Source: Acidimicrobiia bacterium (GTDB taxonomy: Bacteria; Actinomycetota; Acidimicrobiia; Spongiisociales; ZC4RG35). From it: DNA of 64,000 nucleotides. The notes beneath the pieces are model-generated. The model searched no databases. It was not told the origin of the DNA and saw nothing but the letters and a program-made list of their open reading frames with translations. Shown here in pieces: positions 10,068 to 20,357 of this stretch. Position 1 is the stretch's first letter. Each line of letters starts with the position of its first letter. Location of the stretch: positions 683,361 through 747,360 of the forward strand of contig OZ244163.1 of assembly GCA_965216495.1 (NCBI GenBank), given 5' to 3'. The position numbers and the translations under genes were made by a program.

Positions 10068-10985
10068 TCAGCTGCCTTCTACCAGGTAGCGGAACACCGA
10101 TTCGAGCGACTCATCAGCAGGCTCGAGCCGGCGAATCGAGACGCCCTGTTCGACGGCTAAGCCAGGAAGCTCCAGGGCAAGGCGACCAGCGTCGACTGCT
10201 TCGATTCTCAAGCGCGGGCCCTCGAGATGGGTGCCGATGACAGATGATGATGCGATGAGCGCGGAAGCGAGGTCGCGGGGCCGGTCGCATTCAACGAAAA
10301 CCTGACGCGGCCGATCGGTCATCGCCGCTCGGATCTCGGCGACTGAGCCAACAGCGGCGAGTCGCCCGTCGACCATTGCAACCACCCTGTCGGATACCCG
10401 TTCGACCTCAGTCAGGACGTGCGACGAAACCAACAGGGTGCGCCCATCCGAGCCGAGCTGTTTGAAGAGATCAATGAGTTGGGCCCGTTGGACGGGGTCG
10501 GCCCCGTTGAGGGGCTCGTCCAAAAGGATGACCTCGGGGTCTGAAACCAGGGCAGCCGCCACCTTGGCCCTCTGCTTCATGCCTTTGGAGAATCCGCCCA
10601 GAGCCCGGTCGGCTGCTGCCACGAGATCAACTGTTTCCAGAACTTCCTGGGTGCGAGCCTCCGGCGAGTTGACCTTTGCGAGTTTGGCCGCAAGTTGGAC
10701 GAACTCGCGACCGCTGAGACGGTCATACACCGACTCGTCCTCGGGGACCAGCGCGATTTTGCGATAGATGTTCGGGTGTCGGCGCGGATCTTCTCCCAGC
10801 ACTTCGACCGAACCTTGGGATGGGCGCTGCAACCCGGCGATGACTCGGAGCAGAGTCGTCTTACCAGCACCATTTGGGCCCAGCAGCCCGGTGACACCTG
10901 GTTCGAAGTCGATTGTGAGATCCGAGACGGCGACTTTCGGCCCGAACCATTTCGACATCTCCTTGACCCTGATGGCGCGTGTCAT
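10068..10985 (-). CDS. ABC transporter ATP-binding protein
   Basis: Walker A GPNGAGKTT, signature LSGGMKQR-like (FSKGMKQR), Walker B ILLDEP. The internal ATG at 10985 overlaps the upstream stop by 4 bp (ATGA). Confidence 0.85.
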   Translation of the reverse strand: MTRAIRVKEMSKWFGPKVAVSDLTIDFEPGVTGLLGPNGAGKTTLLRVIAGLQRPSQGSVEVLGEDPRRHPNIYRKIALVPEDESVYDRLSGREFVQLAAKLAKVNSPEARTQEVLETVDLVAAADRALGGFSKGMKQRAKVAAALVSDPEVILLDEPLNGADPVQRAQLIDLFKQLGSDGRTLLVSSHVLTEVERVSDRVVAMVDGRLAAVGSVAEIRAAMTDRPRQVFVECDRPRDLASALIASSSVIGTHLEGPRLRIEAVDAGRLALELPGLAVEQGVSIRRLEPADESLESVFRYLVEGS

Positions 10986-11863
10986 GCGAGCCTCCGGTAG
11001 CGGGCTCGGACGAATATGCCTCCGGTCACAACCAGGGCAGCGATCACGACGGCCGACATCCACACCTCGAATCCAGCGGCTTCCGCGGGGTATGTGATGG
11101 TGTTTTCGAAGAAGTGGTCGCGGATAATCCGGGGGTGCTGATCGAGTGCCAGCAGCGATACCCAGCGCGCACCGGGGAAGGAAGCCTCGGCGACACGACC
11201 GGCAACGGCTCCACCTGCCGTAAGCAATCCGAGGAATGCAGCGGAGGCGATGCCGTTGCGGTCGATGACAGACGAGAGGATGAACACGACCGCTCCGTGC
11301 AGAGCGACGAAGGCAAGGGCAGTCAGAGGGACCTTCCAGAGGATGTCTGCGGTGTCTGTCAGGTAAGGCAAGAAACCGTCTTGGCTTATGAGCGCTAGGC
11401 CAATGTGCAGAATCACCTGTGGCACTAGATAGATGGCGCCGACTACCGAAGCGAAGGAAGCTGTCTTTGCGCTGAGATACCCGTCAACGGTCAGCGGACG
11501 TGAGAAATAGACCGAAAGGGCGCCGGAGGTGCGGTCGGGGATCAGGAGCTGGGGGCCGGCCAGAGCGATGAACAGCAGCCCGATTGCTGAATAGAAGTCG
11601 AAAAGCCCGCCATAGCTGGGCAGTCCCGAACGGAGGCTCTCCTCAATGTTCCCGATCGTCCAGTGAAGGCCGATGAAGACGGCCGCCGCGATGATCGCGA
11701 TGGTTATGAGCGCCCAGGGGAAGATCTTTTGACGGGCCTTTCTTCCCAGGCCGAGAACCCGGCGGATGCCGTCGACGAACACGGCCTGGCGCGCCCCTGC
11801 TGGCCCAGCCCTTGGTCCGTCGTAGGTGCGATAGCCGCGGTCGTAAATGACTTGCTCAGTCAT
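10982..11863 (-). CDS. ABC-2 type transporter permease
   Basis: Hydrophobic, 293 aa, translationally coupled on both sides. Confidence 0.6.
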   Translation of the reverse strand: MTEQVIYDRGYRTYDGPRAGPAGARQAVFVDGIRRVLGLGRKARQKIFPWALITIAIIAAAVFIGLHWTIGNIEESLRSGLPSYGGLFDFYSAIGLLFIALAGPQLLIPDRTSGALSVYFSRPLTVDGYLSAKTASFASVVGAIYLVPQVILHIGLALISQDGFLPYLTDTADILWKVPLTALAFVALHGAVVFILSSVIDRNGIASAAFLGLLTAGGAVAGRVAEASFPGARWVSLLALDQHPRIIRDHFFENTITYPAEAAGFEVWMSAVVIAALVVTGGIFVRARYRRLA

Positions 11864-12770
11864 CGGCTCTCCGATGCGAGGAAGAGATCTTCGAGTGAGG
11901 ATGATCCGCGAACCATGCGAACGAGCCCCGTCCCGGTCTCTGCGGAAAGCCTGACAATGGTCCTCTCCAAGGTGTGGTCACCCGGTCCTACCATCATCTG
12001 ACGACCCCTGAGAGCAACCTCGATTCCGGCTGCTTTCAGCGCCTCGGTCAACGCCTTCGGATCTCGCAAGACTTCGACGTTCACCGTGCCCAGCTCTTCG
12101 GCGCTGTCGAGTGGACCTGATCGAAGTAGTTGGCCACCGTCGAGCATCACAACCCAATCGCAGGTCTGCTCGATATCAGTGAGCACGTGGGAGCTGACGA
12201 TCACATTGATGTTGAACGCGCCGAGACGTTGGATGAGTTGGAGCATCTGCACACGTCCTGCCGGATCTAGGCCGGATGCCGGTTCGTCCAGTAGCAGTAA
12301 ATCGGGGTCGTGCACGATCGCTTGCGCGAGCTTGACCCTCTGTTGCATGCCGGTCGAGAAGTCACCGAGGTATCGAAATCTCTCCTCCTCGAGCCCCACC
12401 AGGAACAAGGTCTCGGACGATCGCCGGCGTGCCTCTCGTCGGGGGATCCCGGCTAGCTGGGCCGCGTAGGCAACAAAATCTGCAGCGGTCTGGTCTTTCG
12501 GAAGACATTGACCTTCCGGCATGTATCCCAGCTGTGCCCGAACGATGAGGGGGTCGGTCTCGGGGTTGGCTCCCATCACTGTCATCTCACCGGCGGTGGG
12601 GTGAAGCAACCCGAGGATGAGACGGAGCATCGTGGTCTTACCGGCACCGTTGGCTCCGACCAGGCCGGTGACTCCTGGCGGGACGGTGAGGTCAAGGTCC
12701 TTGAGCGCAACCACCTCGCCGTTGTAGGCGTGGGTGAGTCCCCTGATGTCGACGACCGCTTCCTGGCTCA
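11860..12770 (-). CDS. ABC transporter ATP-binding protein
   Basis: GANGAGKTT, FSTGMQQR, LLLDEP. Start is the ATG at 12770 (MSQEAVVDIRGL); alternatives lie upstream to 12861. Confidence 0.85.
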
Positions 12771-12901
12771 TTCGCTGCCAGTGTGCCATCGCCGTGGAAT
12801 TGACCCAATGGGGGATGTCCCTGAGCCAACCCGACGATCCCTTACCTTTCAGGGTCGCCAATCTGTGCCATAGCGTGGGTTAAGCGACACAGAAAGGGGT
12901 G

Positions 12902-13924
12902 TTAGCCGTCCACCACCTCGCGAAAGCCTCGGCCTTCAGGCCGTTCCAGCTGATCCATGGTGCACTGGGTAGCGTCTTTGTCCGGGCGCCATCGGTGGAA
13001 TCGGGAGGCATGACGGAAGCGATCTCCCTCGAGTTGGTCGTAGCTGACTTCGACTACAACACCCTGCTGAACAGGGGTCCATGAGTTGTCCTTGCCAGCC
13101 GACCAACGGGAAGGTCCTCCAGGAGCGCGGGCAGCAGAGTCGAAGCTGTCCTCGGCCTTCAGCTCCATGAATCTTTCGAAGATCTCTACCCGGTCGGTGT
13201 TGGGGAACCCGGAGCAGTGCCCGATGAAGTGGAAGTCCCCCTTGTCGTTGTACAGGCCGAGTAGCAACGAGCCGATCTTGCCGCCGTCCTTGTGTTCCCT
13301 GAATCCTCCGACCACCACGTCGATTGTTCGCCGATGTTTGATCTTGATCATGGCCCGCTTGCCGTGCTGATAGGTCAGTTCGGGCTTCTTGGCGATAATG
13401 CCGTCGCAGCCCGCCGGCTCGAACTCGTGGAACCATGACTTGGCCTCGTCTTCGCTATCGGTCTGCGGCGTGAGGTGCCATGGGTGGCTAAGTGACTGTG
13501 CAAGAGCTACAAGCCGCGCCCTGCGCTCGGAGAAAGGATTCTCCCGAAGGTCCTCTCCGTCAATCGCCAGGAGATCGAACGCCACAAGTTCGGCCGGGGT
13601 TTCGCTGCTGAGGCGGGTGATCCTCGATTCGGCGGGGTGGATCCTCTGTTGCAGCGTGTCGAACGTGGTCACCCCATCGATCACGACAACGATCTCTCCA
13701 TCGACCACCGTGCCTCTCGGCAGTTGGTCCAGAGCCTGCTGCAGCTCTGGGAAGTAGCGCAACAGGGGACGCTGATTCCTCGAATCGATCCTCGCCTCGG
13801 GCCCCGACCAGGACAGCGAACGAAAGCCGTCCCACTTCGGTTCGTAGACGAACTCACCCTTCGGCCACTTCTCCGACACTCGAGCTTCCATTGTCTGGAC
13901 CGGTGCAACGAAGGGGTGGCTCAT
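12902..13924 (-). CDS. Stand-alone ATP-dependent DNA ligase (LigC/LigD-ligase-domain type)
   Basis: Motif I EPKWDGFR (adenylated Lys). Nucleotidyltransferase and OB-fold motifs are present; length is 340 aa. Confidence 0.85.
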   Translation of the reverse strand: MSHPFVAPVQTMEARVSEKWPKGEFVYEPKWDGFRSLSWSGPEARIDSRNQRPLLRYFPELQQALDQLPRGTVVDGEIVVVIDGVTTFDTLQQRIHPAESRITRLSSETPAELVAFDLLAIDGEDLRENPFSERRARLVALAQSLSHPWHLTPQTDSEDEAKSWFHEFEPAGCDGIIAKKPELTYQHGKRAMIKIKHRRTIDVVVGGFREHKDGGKIGSLLLGLYNDKGDFHFIGHCSGFPNTDRVEIFERFMELKAEDSFDSAARAPGGPSRWSAGKDNSWTPVQQGVVVEVSYDQLEGDRFRHASRFHRWRPDKDATQCTMDQLERPEGRGFREVVDG

Positions 13925-13960
13925 GGTCGATGAGTGTACGACCCGATACTCTGATGGCAG

Positions 13961-14941
13961 ATGTGGGAACGCACTAAAGCCGGGGCACGGCTGACCTTTG
14001 CCGTGTTGAAGCAGGCTGGCAAGTCTTTCGGAGAAGACCGCGCCAGTCGTATGGCTGCTGCAGTGGCCTACCGAACGATGTTCGCCCTGGCACCGCTTCT
14101 ACTGCTCGCGATTTACGTGCTGGGTCTCGTGGCTGAGGGTGACGCTCGCATCGAGATTCTCGATTCGGTTGAGGAGGTGGCCGGTGGGACGGTGAAACAA
14201 GCCGTTGACCAGTTCCTCGATTCGGTAAGCACCAGTGGCAATACAGCGGGTTTGGTCGGCTTTGCCCTGCTGATCTGGACCGGATCGAGTTTGTTCCTCG
14301 AGGTGCAGAACGACCTGAACGACATATTTGGGGTGCCGTACGATCACACGACGGGGTTGGTGAAAAACCTCCGCAAGCGCGGGCTCGCGTTTCTGTGGGC
14401 AACCGGCCTCGGGTTGGTGTTGGTGTTCGTCTGGCTGCTCAACGGCATCTGGCAATACATCGGCGAGTTCCTGCCGGAAAGCTTCGGGCCAGCCCACCGG
14501 GTCATCGCCGTGCTGACCCCGGTGGTCTCAGTGATCGTCCTCCCGTTCGTATTTGCCCTCACCTTCCAGGTGTTGTCGCAGGCGAAACTTCGTTGGCGAG
14601 CTGTTTGGTGGGGTTCGTTCTTCACGTCGGTCTTGTTCTTGGCAGCTGCCTATCTCATTGGCGTCTACTTCAGGCTCACCGACGACTCGGCAGCCACAGC
14701 TGCCAGCGCCATATTCGTGCTCATCTTGTTGGCATTTGTGTTGGCGTCTGTGTTTCTGCTCGGGGCTGAGGTGACAAAGACGGTCAACGGTCTCATCGTG
14801 AACGGCGACACTCCAGATTCCGGCTCCTCCGCGGCAGACTCCGAGGAGGTGGTCACCGATGCCCCCTCCCCGGTCCCGACTGCTGCGATCTTTGGTTTTC
14901 TCGGTGGGCTGCTGGTTGGTTGGCGTCGGTCCAACAAGTAA
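13961..14941 (+). CDS. YihY/BrkB (virulence factor BrkB / RNase BN-like) family membrane protein
   Basis: N-terminal ...RMAAAVAYRTMFALAPLLLL... is the YihY family signature, followed by six TM segments. Confidence 0.75.
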   Translation: MWERTKAGARLTFAVLKQAGKSFGEDRASRMAAAVAYRTMFALAPLLLLAIYVLGLVAEGDARIEILDSVEEVAGGTVKQAVDQFLDSVSTSGNTAGLVGFALLIWTGSSLFLEVQNDLNDIFGVPYDHTTGLVKNLRKRGLAFLWATGLGLVLVFVWLLNGIWQYIGEFLPESFGPAHRVIAVLTPVVSVIVLPFVFALTFQVLSQAKLRWRAVWWGSFFTSVLFLAAAYLIGVYFRLTDDSAATAASAIFVLILLAFVLASVFLLGAEVTKTVNGLIVNGDTPDSGSSAADSEEVVTDAPSPVPTAAIFGFLGGLLVGWRRSNK

Positions 14942-14982
14942 CCATCTCCACTTTGCTCGGATCGTGAAATAGGCTCGCACCC

Positions 14983-15546
14983 ATGGCCATCGACATTCCA
15001 GGATTCGTCGCCGACTTCAAGGAACATGCAACCGACCACGGTTTCCACGTCCATGACGAGCGGCACTTTGTCGAGACCTACAGCTTGCGCCAGTCGTGGG
15101 AGGTAGACGTTCACCCCGAAGCCGGATGCGGTGGCCCTCTCGATCTGCATGTGGCGCTAGATGTGAATCCAACGGTCCTCCTGTCTTTGCGGGAGAAGTT
15201 GGAGTCGATGGACGACTTCGCCGAGCCGGAAGACGACTATCACTTCGACCTCTACTTCAACTGGGCGGTCCCACCGCTGACTGATCCCCCGGATCTATTG
15301 GTACTTGCCACCGACCTGGCTGGCGTGGGAGGTCTCACGCTTCCAGTGGAGGTGTCAGCGGTCGACTCATTCGCTGACGTGATTGGTGCACCTGAGAGGC
15401 GGCTGCAGATCACCGGCAAGAGTCAGGTGAGCCTGGTCGCCATCCTGATGGGTCGTGAGCAGTTGTGTGAGGTGTTGGACACGTCCCGCGAGGTGAGCGA
15501 ATATCTGCTCGATCGCGTCTCTGGATGGATGGAGCAGCCCGACTAA
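14983..15546 (+). CDS. Hypothetical protein
   Basis: 187-aa ORF with ATG start and coding-like codon bias. Confidence 0.4.
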   Translation: MAIDIPGFVADFKEHATDHGFHVHDERHFVETYSLRQSWEVDVHPEAGCGGPLDLHVALDVNPTVLLSLREKLESMDDFAEPEDDYHFDLYFNWAVPPLTDPPDLLVLATDLAGVGGLTLPVEVSAVDSFADVIGAPERRLQITGKSQVSLVAILMGREQLCEVLDTSREVSEYLLDRVSGWMEQPD

Positions 15547-15553
15547 CTGCCAG

Positions 15554-16000
15554 TCAGCCGATGATCATTCGGATGAGCGCCCAGATTCCGAGACCGGCCG
15601 TAGCTGCGCAAAGCACCAGGAACGCAACGAAGGTCATGGTGCTGGGTGGTGGTACTTCGACATCCCTGTTGCTAGCGGTTGCGAGGTGCCGTCCGCGGGG
15701 GATAGCCACCAAAGGTTCGGCATGGTTCGGGAAGTGGCCGTTGACGGCTGACGCGAACGCCGAGGTGTCATGAGGCATGAAGCGGAGAGTCTCGTCCTCA
15801 GCGGTTATGCCGAACGCCGGCCCGTCTAGACGCCGGATGTTGCACTCGGCGCGCGTCCAGGAGCCGATCTCGCTTTCCCCGGAAAGCATTCGCACCCCCT
15901 CGTCCGTGATGTCGACGACTACTGGGACTTCTGTCTTATCGATGCTTACGACGCCCTTGAAGGCGGTCAAGCGCGGTTTACCCCCTATTGACCCACACAA
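15554..16000 (-). CDS. Hypothetical C-terminally membrane-anchored protein
   Basis: A single C-terminal TM (FVAFLVLCAATAGLGIWALI) follows a soluble N-terminal domain. Confidence 0.4.
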   Translation of the reverse strand: MCGSIGGKPRLTAFKGVVSIDKTEVPVVVDITDEGVRMLSGESEIGSWTRAECNIRRLDGPAFGITAEDETLRFMPHDTSAFASAVNGHFPNHAEPLVAIPRGRHLATASNRDVEVPPPSTMTFVAFLVLCAATAGLGIWALIRMIIG

Positions 16001-16026
16001 ACTAGCCGACAGTCGCCCGCTCTAGG

Positions 16027-16728
16027 TCAGAAAGGTACGCCTATTGCCTCACACAAGAATCGTGTGTAATCCGCGGCGGCGCGGTAACGCTTGGCCAAAT
16101 CGGACCCAAAATCCGGTGACGTCACGAGTTTCTGGCTCAATCGTCCACCGGCAGTGAAGCTTTTTAGTCTGAGGTCGTCAGGGAAGGGGTGACCTTCATC
16201 GAGTTCCTTAGGAATTCGTTTGAGTCGGTTGTCGTCGCCTTCTCCGATCTTCCATGTGTCGGTGAACCGCTTGTAGTGAGCGGCCTTCTTCCACCCGGCA
16301 GGATCGTCGTTGATTGCCTGACGAATCTGGCGGGCGACCTTGGGCTCGGGTGTCCACATTCCCACTCCGGCGAAACTCTCGCCAGGGGCCAGGTGGAGGT
16401 AGAACCCCGGGGCATGAACGTCCTTGCCGCTGGCGTGGCGGAACTGAATACCAACGTTTGTCTTGTAGGGGGTCTTGTCCTTGGAGAATCGCACGTCGCG
16501 ATAAGGCCTCATCAACGAGCCCCCGTTCACCCGGGTGTCAGCGGTGAAGTGAGGTGAGATCTCGTTGATCTGCTTCCCGAAGTCCTCGACGAAGTCGAGC
16601 GCAGGTTCGCGAATTGTCTCGACGTAACGTGTCTTGTTCTTCTCCCACCACGGCTTGTTGTTGTTCGCTTCCAACTCCTTCAAGAAGTCGAAGACGCCCT
16701 TGGTGAAGTATTTGGTGCCCATGTCCAT
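16027..16728 (-). CDS. DUF2461 / TIGR02453 family protein
   Basis: FDFLKELEANNNKPWWEKNKTRY...RPYRDVRFSKDKTPYK is the conserved-family pattern. Confidence 0.7.
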   Translation of the reverse strand: MDMGTKYFTKGVFDFLKELEANNNKPWWEKNKTRYVETIREPALDFVEDFGKQINEISPHFTADTRVNGGSLMRPYRDVRFSKDKTPYKTNVGIQFRHASGKDVHAPGFYLHLAPGESFAGVGMWTPEPKVARQIRQAINDDPAGWKKAAHYKRFTDTWKIGEGDDNRLKRIPKELDEGHPFPDDLRLKSFTAGGRLSQKLVTSPDFGSDLAKRYRAAADYTRFLCEAIGVPF

Positions 16729-16806
16729 ACCTTTCGTCGTCTCACCTGGTTGACGAACCGCTCGTCAGTCGCTCGACGTCGAATGTACGCGACAGAGCCG
16801 ACGAAT

Positions 16807-18132
16807 TTAAGAGTGGTGCAGGTTGTCCTGCTCGAGCTCAGACCACGGCGTTCGGAACCCATCTCGCAGGACTCGGGTGAATCTCCTGAAATCCCCGCGC
16901 AGAACCCAGGCGGCAGCGATGAGGAACATGACACCGACGCTGAACCGTGCCGTTGCCGACAGGCTCTCCGAAATCACACCTTGTTCAGCGAGGAACGACT
17001 CCCCGAGTTGAATGGCGAACAGGCCAAGCATGGCCCACGCTTCCGTTACTCCGACAGAGCGGCTGGCAATGATTGCTACGGCAAACACCGACTGAGTCGC
17101 CGTCACCCACAGCTCGTCACGTTGGATCTCGTTCAGCGGAAGTCCTGTGAACTGCCCGGCGAACATCATGAAGACGATCGGAAGGGTTCCGACCAACAGC
17201 GTCCATTGGTTCACCTTGGACGAGATGAGAGCACCGATTCCGGTCCTCGCAGCCAGACGCCATGCGAAAAGCGAGGCGATGAGCAGTTCGGGAGCTTCGG
17301 AGGCCAACGGCGCCAGCCACTTGATCAAGAAGAACTCGGATATTCCTATCGCTGACCCAAGCTCCTTGAGTGACTCGGTGAAGGGCTCGGCGACGAGGAC
17401 GATGACGGTGGCCGAGACGAGGAAGAACAGATAGTTGAGGATTCGACGCTGCCGCTTGGGGAGACTCCCCACATAGGCGGACGGTCCGACGAGGTGCGGC
17501 TCCTCGGGTGAGGCTCCCGCAAGTCGAATCATGTAAGCGATGTAGATAGCTACGAGGATGACCGCATCGACCGGGCTGAGTGTGTCCTTCAGGAACAGTG
17601 TGATGCCGTACAGCGAAGCGACAGCCAAATAGGCGATATCAACCGATTGTGCCTTGGTCAGATACACCGTGGTCGGGGTGGCCATTTCGGCCTCAGCTGG
17701 TGTGGCGTTGGTCTTTCTGACTCTCCAGGTTCCCAGGAGGATCACCAGCGGCCACCCGAATCCGATCAGGAGCTGATTAGCGCCGGTCATGTTGGCCAGG
17801 GCAAGGGTTGAGGCCTCTCCTGCTTCACCGTTGGCTGCGAACTCGCGGCCGGCGTCAGCGGTCAGCACGAAATCGACCGCGTATTCAGGCAGAACCGCGA
17901 TGAGCGCGAGCAGGGCGAGGGCCAGCCCACCACCCACGTCGAGTTGGATGATTTCGGCGGCCCAGGAGATGATAAACGCCGCACCGACGATGGCGATGCC
18001 GTACAAGATGGCGGCCAAGATCGGATGGGGGTGTTCTACGAAGAAGCTCAGGTATACGCCGGGAAGGGTCACCAGGATCGAAAGTACGATCAGCCCAATC
18101 TGGCGGCGTGGGTCAAGGTCGTGGGTCTCCAT
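16807..18132 (-). CDS. CaCA-family cation/calcium exchanger membrane protein
   Basis: Two alpha-repeat-like regions (GAAFIISWAAE... and ...LAPLASEAPELLIASLFA). Start is the ATG at 18132 (METHDLD...). Confidence 0.65.
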   Translation of the reverse strand: METHDLDPRRQIGLIVLSILVTLPGVYLSFFVEHPHPILAAILYGIAIVGAAFIISWAAEIIQLDVGGGLALALLALIAVLPEYAVDFVLTADAGREFAANGEAGEASTLALANMTGANQLLIGFGWPLVILLGTWRVRKTNATPAEAEMATPTTVYLTKAQSVDIAYLAVASLYGITLFLKDTLSPVDAVILVAIYIAYMIRLAGASPEEPHLVGPSAYVGSLPKRQRRILNYLFFLVSATVIVLVAEPFTESLKELGSAIGISEFFLIKWLAPLASEAPELLIASLFAWRLAARTGIGALISSKVNQWTLLVGTLPIVFMMFAGQFTGLPLNEIQRDELWVTATQSVFAVAIIASRSVGVTEAWAMLGLFAIQLGESFLAEQGVISESLSATARFSVGVMFLIAAAWVLRGDFRRFTRVLRDGFRTPWSELEQDNLHHS

Positions 18133-18160
18133 CAGCGGCGGCAGTCTAGGGCGACCGAGC

Positions 18161-19285
18161 TCAGTCCAGGACGCGCTTGCAGTTCCACGCGGTCCAGTAG
18201 TAGTAGCCGAGCTCCTCGTATCGGTTGGCCAGCCATGCGGCCGACGCGGTGTTGGCTTCTGGATCGAACGGGCTGTACCCGGCATATCCGGCCTTGGGTG
18301 CAGTGGTGGCCCAGGTGGACGGTAGGAACTGGAACAGGCCTGACGCGCTCGAGTACGGGTTCACCGCGTTGGGGTCACCGTTTGATTCGCAGTTGATGAT
18401 GCGAAGGGCTTCCTCAACGCGGTGGCTGGGGAAAAACTGCTGCACCAGGCTCCGCCAGCGCTCCACGTTCGGGGGGTGGTTCCACGTCTTGCCGCCGGAG
18501 GTTGTCGAGGTGTTGGAAGGTGCCGTAGTCGTGGGGGAACTGCCCGGTGTGGTGGTGGTGGTCGTCCCGCGGTTTGCCTGTCTCTCGGCTTCGGCTTCTT
18601 TGGCCCGTGCGATGTCCACCGCACTCAACGCAGCTCGGTAGGCGGCATCCGCTGTCTGCGCCTGGGTGATTGCCTCAGCCACAACTTGGTCGGCTTGCTC
18701 GTACAGCGCCGTGTAGCGAGCTACCTCGGCGTCCACTTCGCCCTGAATTGCCTGGAACTCTTCCTGCTGACTCAAAAAGGTCTGGACCAAGTCGTGAAGG
18801 GTCTTCTGGCGTGCGTGCAGCGCACCGACCGTAGCTCGACCGTCGGCGACGACATCTCCTACTACAGCGCTAGTGACCAGCGCTTCAGCAACGTTGGAGC
18901 TGTTGACCACGCTGACCGTTGGCGATGCAAGGGCGGTCATGTAGGCGTCGACGGCTTGGATCTCGATGTCGGATTGGATCGACGCCAGCTCGACGTCGGC
19001 GAGTCCCACCTGTGTTGCGACACGATCGATCTGAGACCCGATCTGAGAAAGCTGGGCGGTCAGCTCGTTGAGTCGGGTGATCGAGTCGGCAAGCTGTCGC
19101 TCGATCTCGTCACGGTTGGCTACAGCGTCGTCGACAAGTCCCGATGCGGCCGCAGCACGTTGCCGGGCTTGTTCAGCCTGACGTTCAGCTTCGTCCGTGG
19201 TTTGGGCACCAGCACTGACACCTGCAACGAGGGAGGCGGTCAGAGACAGGACGAGGGTTGCGACAACAGCGCGCACAGAAACCAT
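18161..19285 (-). CDS. Secreted coiled-coil protein with C-terminal lytic transglycosylase (SLT/GH23-like, Rpf-like) domain
   Basis: Signal peptide, then long Q/A/E-rich coiled coil and a T/P-rich linker. C-terminal ...NCESNGDPNAVNPYSSASGLFQFLPSTW is the transglycosylase catalytic motif. Confidence 0.7.
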   Translation of the reverse strand: MVSVRAVVATLVLSLTASLVAGVSAGAQTTDEAERQAEQARQRAAAASGLVDDAVANRDEIERQLADSITRLNELTAQLSQIGSQIDRVATQVGLADVELASIQSDIEIQAVDAYMTALASPTVSVVNSSNVAEALVTSAVVGDVVADGRATVGALHARQKTLHDLVQTFLSQQEEFQAIQGEVDAEVARYTALYEQADQVVAEAITQAQTADAAYRAALSAVDIARAKEAEAERQANRGTTTTTTPGSSPTTTAPSNTSTTSGGKTWNHPPNVERWRSLVQQFFPSHRVEEALRIINCESNGDPNAVNPYSSASGLFQFLPSTWATTAPKAGYAGYSPFDPEANTASAAWLANRYEELGYYYWTAWNCKRVLD

Positions 19286-19332
19286 CTGGTGTCGTCAAGG
19301 GTAACGAACCCTGGCGTGTGGGTGAAGTGAGG

Positions 19333-20298
19333 TCAGTCGACCAGGTGGGACGGAGGGAGCCCCATACGCTCGTTGAGGGTTTCCTCTCGGTCGCGCACAA
19401 TGCGATCGGCGATGGTCTCAGCCGCGTGATTTAGCCACATTGCAGCGTGTGAACCTTCGCGATAGTCAGCTTCGCCAAAAGCGTCGACTCGGTTCTGTTC
19501 GAGAAGGCGTGCTGCCTGTTTGAACTCGGCCTGAGATCCCGGTCGGTAGACCGCGTAGGTCTTGCCACCCTGGCCATTGACTATCGAGAACACTGGGACA
19601 TCCGACGGCCCGTCGGCAATGTAGATCATGTTCTGGAAGGGGACCCGGCGGTCCTCGTGTGCGATCTTGGCGTTCACGTCGATCGAAGGGTTCTTGTTGG
19701 TCCCTTTGTTGATCTCGAATACGGCACGGGTCTTCGACGTGTTGTCGATCGTGTAGATCAACTGGCGAATCTCGCCTTCGGGCGAAAACAGCCTGTCCTG
19801 GGTTTCGCGGTACCCGGGTGGTGCTACCAGTTCGATGAACTCGCAGGCCCACACGTACTCGACTTGTGGGGCCACCGAAGATCCCAGGATCATCTGGCGT
19901 AGTCCCGTCGACACGATGTAATGCTCGACCTTGATCTGGTGCTCGGCGAACCGCGGTTGGGACTCGATGTTCTTGCGAACCATCTCAAAGAAGTCCGGGA
20001 TCCCTGGGTTGAACTCGATCTCAGCACCCAGGCGCCGGAGGAGGGCATTGTCGAGACCAGCCATGCGGCCTTCGCGGGCATAAGTCAGGATGTGGTTGAG
20101 GTACAGGTGGTCGCGTTGGATCAGTTCGGCACCGTGGTCGGCGTAGAAACTGGCAAGACCGTCCACCTCAGACCAGAAGTCGCTCTCGTTGATGTCGTAG
20201 TGATTGAAGAGAGGACCTTGCATGTTGCCCGGGATCAGGGTCTTGTCGAAGTCCCAGACCATGGCGATCACGTTTTGGGGGAAGAGTTGTCGGGGCAT
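19333..20298 (-). CDS. HAD-superfamily hydrolase-like protein
   Basis: Motif I VWDFDKTL (DxDxT) and C-terminal GDGPSD are present. Length is 321 aa. Confidence 0.6.
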   Translation of the reverse strand: MPRQLFPQNVIAMVWDFDKTLIPGNMQGPLFNHYDINESDFWSEVDGLASFYADHGAELIQRDHLYLNHILTYAREGRMAGLDNALLRRLGAEIEFNPGIPDFFEMVRKNIESQPRFAEHQIKVEHYIVSTGLRQMILGSSVAPQVEYVWACEFIELVAPPGYRETQDRLFSPEGEIRQLIYTIDNTSKTRAVFEINKGTNKNPSIDVNAKIAHEDRRVPFQNMIYIADGPSDVPVFSIVNGQGGKTYAVYRPGSQAEFKQAARLLEQNRVDAFGEADYREGSHAAMWLNHAAETIADRIVRDREETLNERMGLPPSHLVD

Positions 20299-20357
20299 CG
20301 GACCTAAAAGGCTATCGAGTTATCCACAGGAGGCAACCGGGGATCTAGATTTGGCGG

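Noticed and set aside
16750-17355. 201-aa plus-strand ORF
   Set aside because: Lies entirely within, and antisense to, the CaCA exchanger gene. Its composition is low-complexity and Arg/Pro-rich.
18422-19330. 302-aa plus-strand ORF
   Set aside because: Antisense to the Rpf-like transglycosylase gene. It is Gly/Arg-rich with no motifs.
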